Shown in pieces: positions 62,080 to 64,000 of a stretch of DNA of 64,000 nt. The stretch spans positions 1 to 64,000 of the forward strand of contig JAAOMT010000563.1 of the NCBI GenBank assembly GCA_016748015.1, written 5' to 3'. The DNA comes from Geosiphon pyriformis uo1 (taxonomy: Eukaryota > Fungi > Glomeromycota). Numbering within the stretch: position 1 is the stretch's first letter; each line of letters starts with the position of its first letter. Made by a program: the position numbers and the translations under genes. Under the pieces are notes generated by a model, which worked only from the letters and a program-made list of their open reading frames with translations, ran no database searches and was not told where the DNA came from.

Positions 62080-62798
62080 TTAACAATATAATTAACCAAA
62101 TTTATAATTAAATCTGTTTTATTTTCTATTTTCTATTTTTTTGTTATATGCTTAAATTGTTAACTAATTGGGTATTTTTACTTGCAATTTGCTTTTTAAA
62201 TTTAATGTTAAAATTAAAAAAAACCAAAAATTGTTAATTATCTTATAAAAAATTAAAGTTTAATAAAAAACCACTTTATGCTATATTTTTAACTTATATT
62301 AATGGATTTGAAAAGTTGGCAAAGCAATTTTTTGTAATAATATTTTAAGTGTTTTGATTCCAATAGTAAATACTTGTAAATGAATAAAACTGCAACTACC
62401 ATTTATTAAAATAGAAAAAAATGGTTTTACATATTATAAATTAGTTTGAATGGTTAATTACATATAAAAAGTGCACGGTTTATATTTACAATAAACATGC
62501 ACATATACTATAATGTAAATTGTAAAAAAGCTACACTTAAAGCAATAAAAAAACTAATACATGGCGAATGGCGAATGGCGAATAGAGTATTGTGATAAAA
62601 TTGGCAAAAACAAATTCGCGTGCGAGGATAAGACGCGTGAAAGTATACCATTTTCTCCGTTAAACTTGATGAACATGTCATGATTAGTCAGAGGATTCGG
62701 CGATAGTGCTTAGCCTTAATTGGATTGGTTGGCAGAATGCGCGTTGTTATATCCGCCGCGTGTATTACCGAATCACTTTTCCAACTTATAATTTTGCC

Positions 62799-64000
62799 AT
62801 GGCTTCTCAAGACCAAGAACCTCCAAAAGCAAGGGGCTTGGGATTTGTATCGATTCCTCAAATGTCAGAAGAGCTTGCTTCGTTGGATTCCAACAACCTT
62901 TTGGGAGGCAAAAGAACTTTAGAAGAAAGCCAAGATGATATCCTGAGTCATGAAATTTCTGGGCTTTCTGTAGGTCATGAAAGGTCAGGCACTTTTATAT
63001 CGAGTCCAAACCGAAGGGAGTCAGGGCCACTTTTCGGTAATTTTAGAGAGGAAACGATAAAGAGTGAACCTCAACTGGAAACAAAAAACCTTGGAATTTC
63101 TCAAGACTTCAACTTCGTTTTTAAGGCGCCTAACAAAAGGGAGTTAAATCCATATACGATAAATCAAATAGAAAAGTCTATACAATTTGACCCTCAACAC
63201 GAAAACAAGAAACCAAACGATTCCATTGATTCACAAAAAAGCGAAGATATTAATTTTGTCTTGAAGCCGCCAAGCAGACGCCAGTCCCTGCTGCCAGGAA
63301 ACTCAGAAAGTGAGAAATCACCAGCAATTCCCAATGCAGCTGATAAATTCCACGATTTTCAGCTTTCGAGAATACCAGAATCCTCAATATCAGGTACACC
63401 AACCAAACTAGACTCAAATAATAAGGATCTGGCTACCGATCAAGATAAAATATCGAATGCAACCAGATTTACCGAAGACTCTCCATTCTTGGTTTCTCCA
63501 CAGCAATCTGCTAACTTGATTAACAAAGAGACCACAAGATTTATGAGGACAATCAAGCAAGATGCATTGGAGAATAATCAATGGCCTCCAACAAAACGTA
63601 AACGATCAATCGTCTTTCTGTTTCTCTCCAATCTATACTGAGCGTTGAAAACAAAACATTATGTGACTTTTACTCGAATACCGAATCTTTCGTTCTCTTT
63701 TTCCCCAGATGCCAGTCAAATACCTTACAATGTACCTTTCCTTTTTTCCCCTAAAATGGACGGCTCTTCTGTGGCTTCGGAAGAAAATACTTATACTGGT
63801 CCAATGCCTAGAACCATATCTGGAAATGTCATTAGAAGAAGGACGCGGGAAAAAAGATACAAATATGAATCGTCCAGGATGAGGATGAGGATACAGCAAA
63901 AGAAAAGCATTTTTGATATCGAACCCATTGATAGCGACCATGAGGTCGACAATGAAAGAATGCTAGGACAAATTGCATCAAGGCAAATTACGCAAAATTT
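62799..64000 (+). CDS. Host gene of unknown function with a low-complexity N-terminus; continues beyond the window
   Basis: ATG in gccATGg context; open to a GT at ~63598; AG acceptor at ~63708; frame stays open to the window end; CpG retained. Confidence 0.7.

Noticed and set aside
62706-62798. 93-nt upstream extension of the 311-aa ORF
   Set aside because: Begins at GTG; the ATG at 62799 has a good eukaryotic context

Overview
Eukaryotic, intron-containing fungal DNA, mostly nested retroelements and extremely AT-rich decayed repeats. The repeat content suggests Glomeromycotina, possibly Geosiphon (inference). It contains four APE-RT-RNase H LINEs (1-3684 +, ~10670-19430 +, ~21131-38892 -, ~46382-61919 -) and two ORF1-only non-autonomous 'half-LINE' elements (6035-10660), one inserted inside the other. 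All six end in the same ~110-nt structured 3' tail. Four Ty3/Gypsy insertions from three LTR families all lie inside LINEs: a truncated element 16509-~18987, a solo LTR 22338-23316, and two-LTR elements 28412-38261 and 50300-59030. The three with both ends intact have 4-bp TSDs. The two-LTR Gypsy elements have an unusual layout: extended Gag, protease, an unrecognised ~210-aa Cys-rich domain, dUTPase, RT, RNase H (missing in the gapped copy) and integrase. A homologous extra ORF occupies the env position in two families. A decayed pogo/Tigger transposase lies at ~19700-20860. A CpG-retaining island holds an SLC17/ACS MFS transporter (41070-43110 +) and an RWD-RBR E3 ligase (43410-45145 -). A third host gene starts at 62799. 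Repeats show strongly directional C>T/G>A decay, including outside CpG. Best novelty candidates: the LINE/half-LINE system sharing a covarying 3' RNA structure, and the complex Gypsy lineage with the Cys-rich insert and ORF3.
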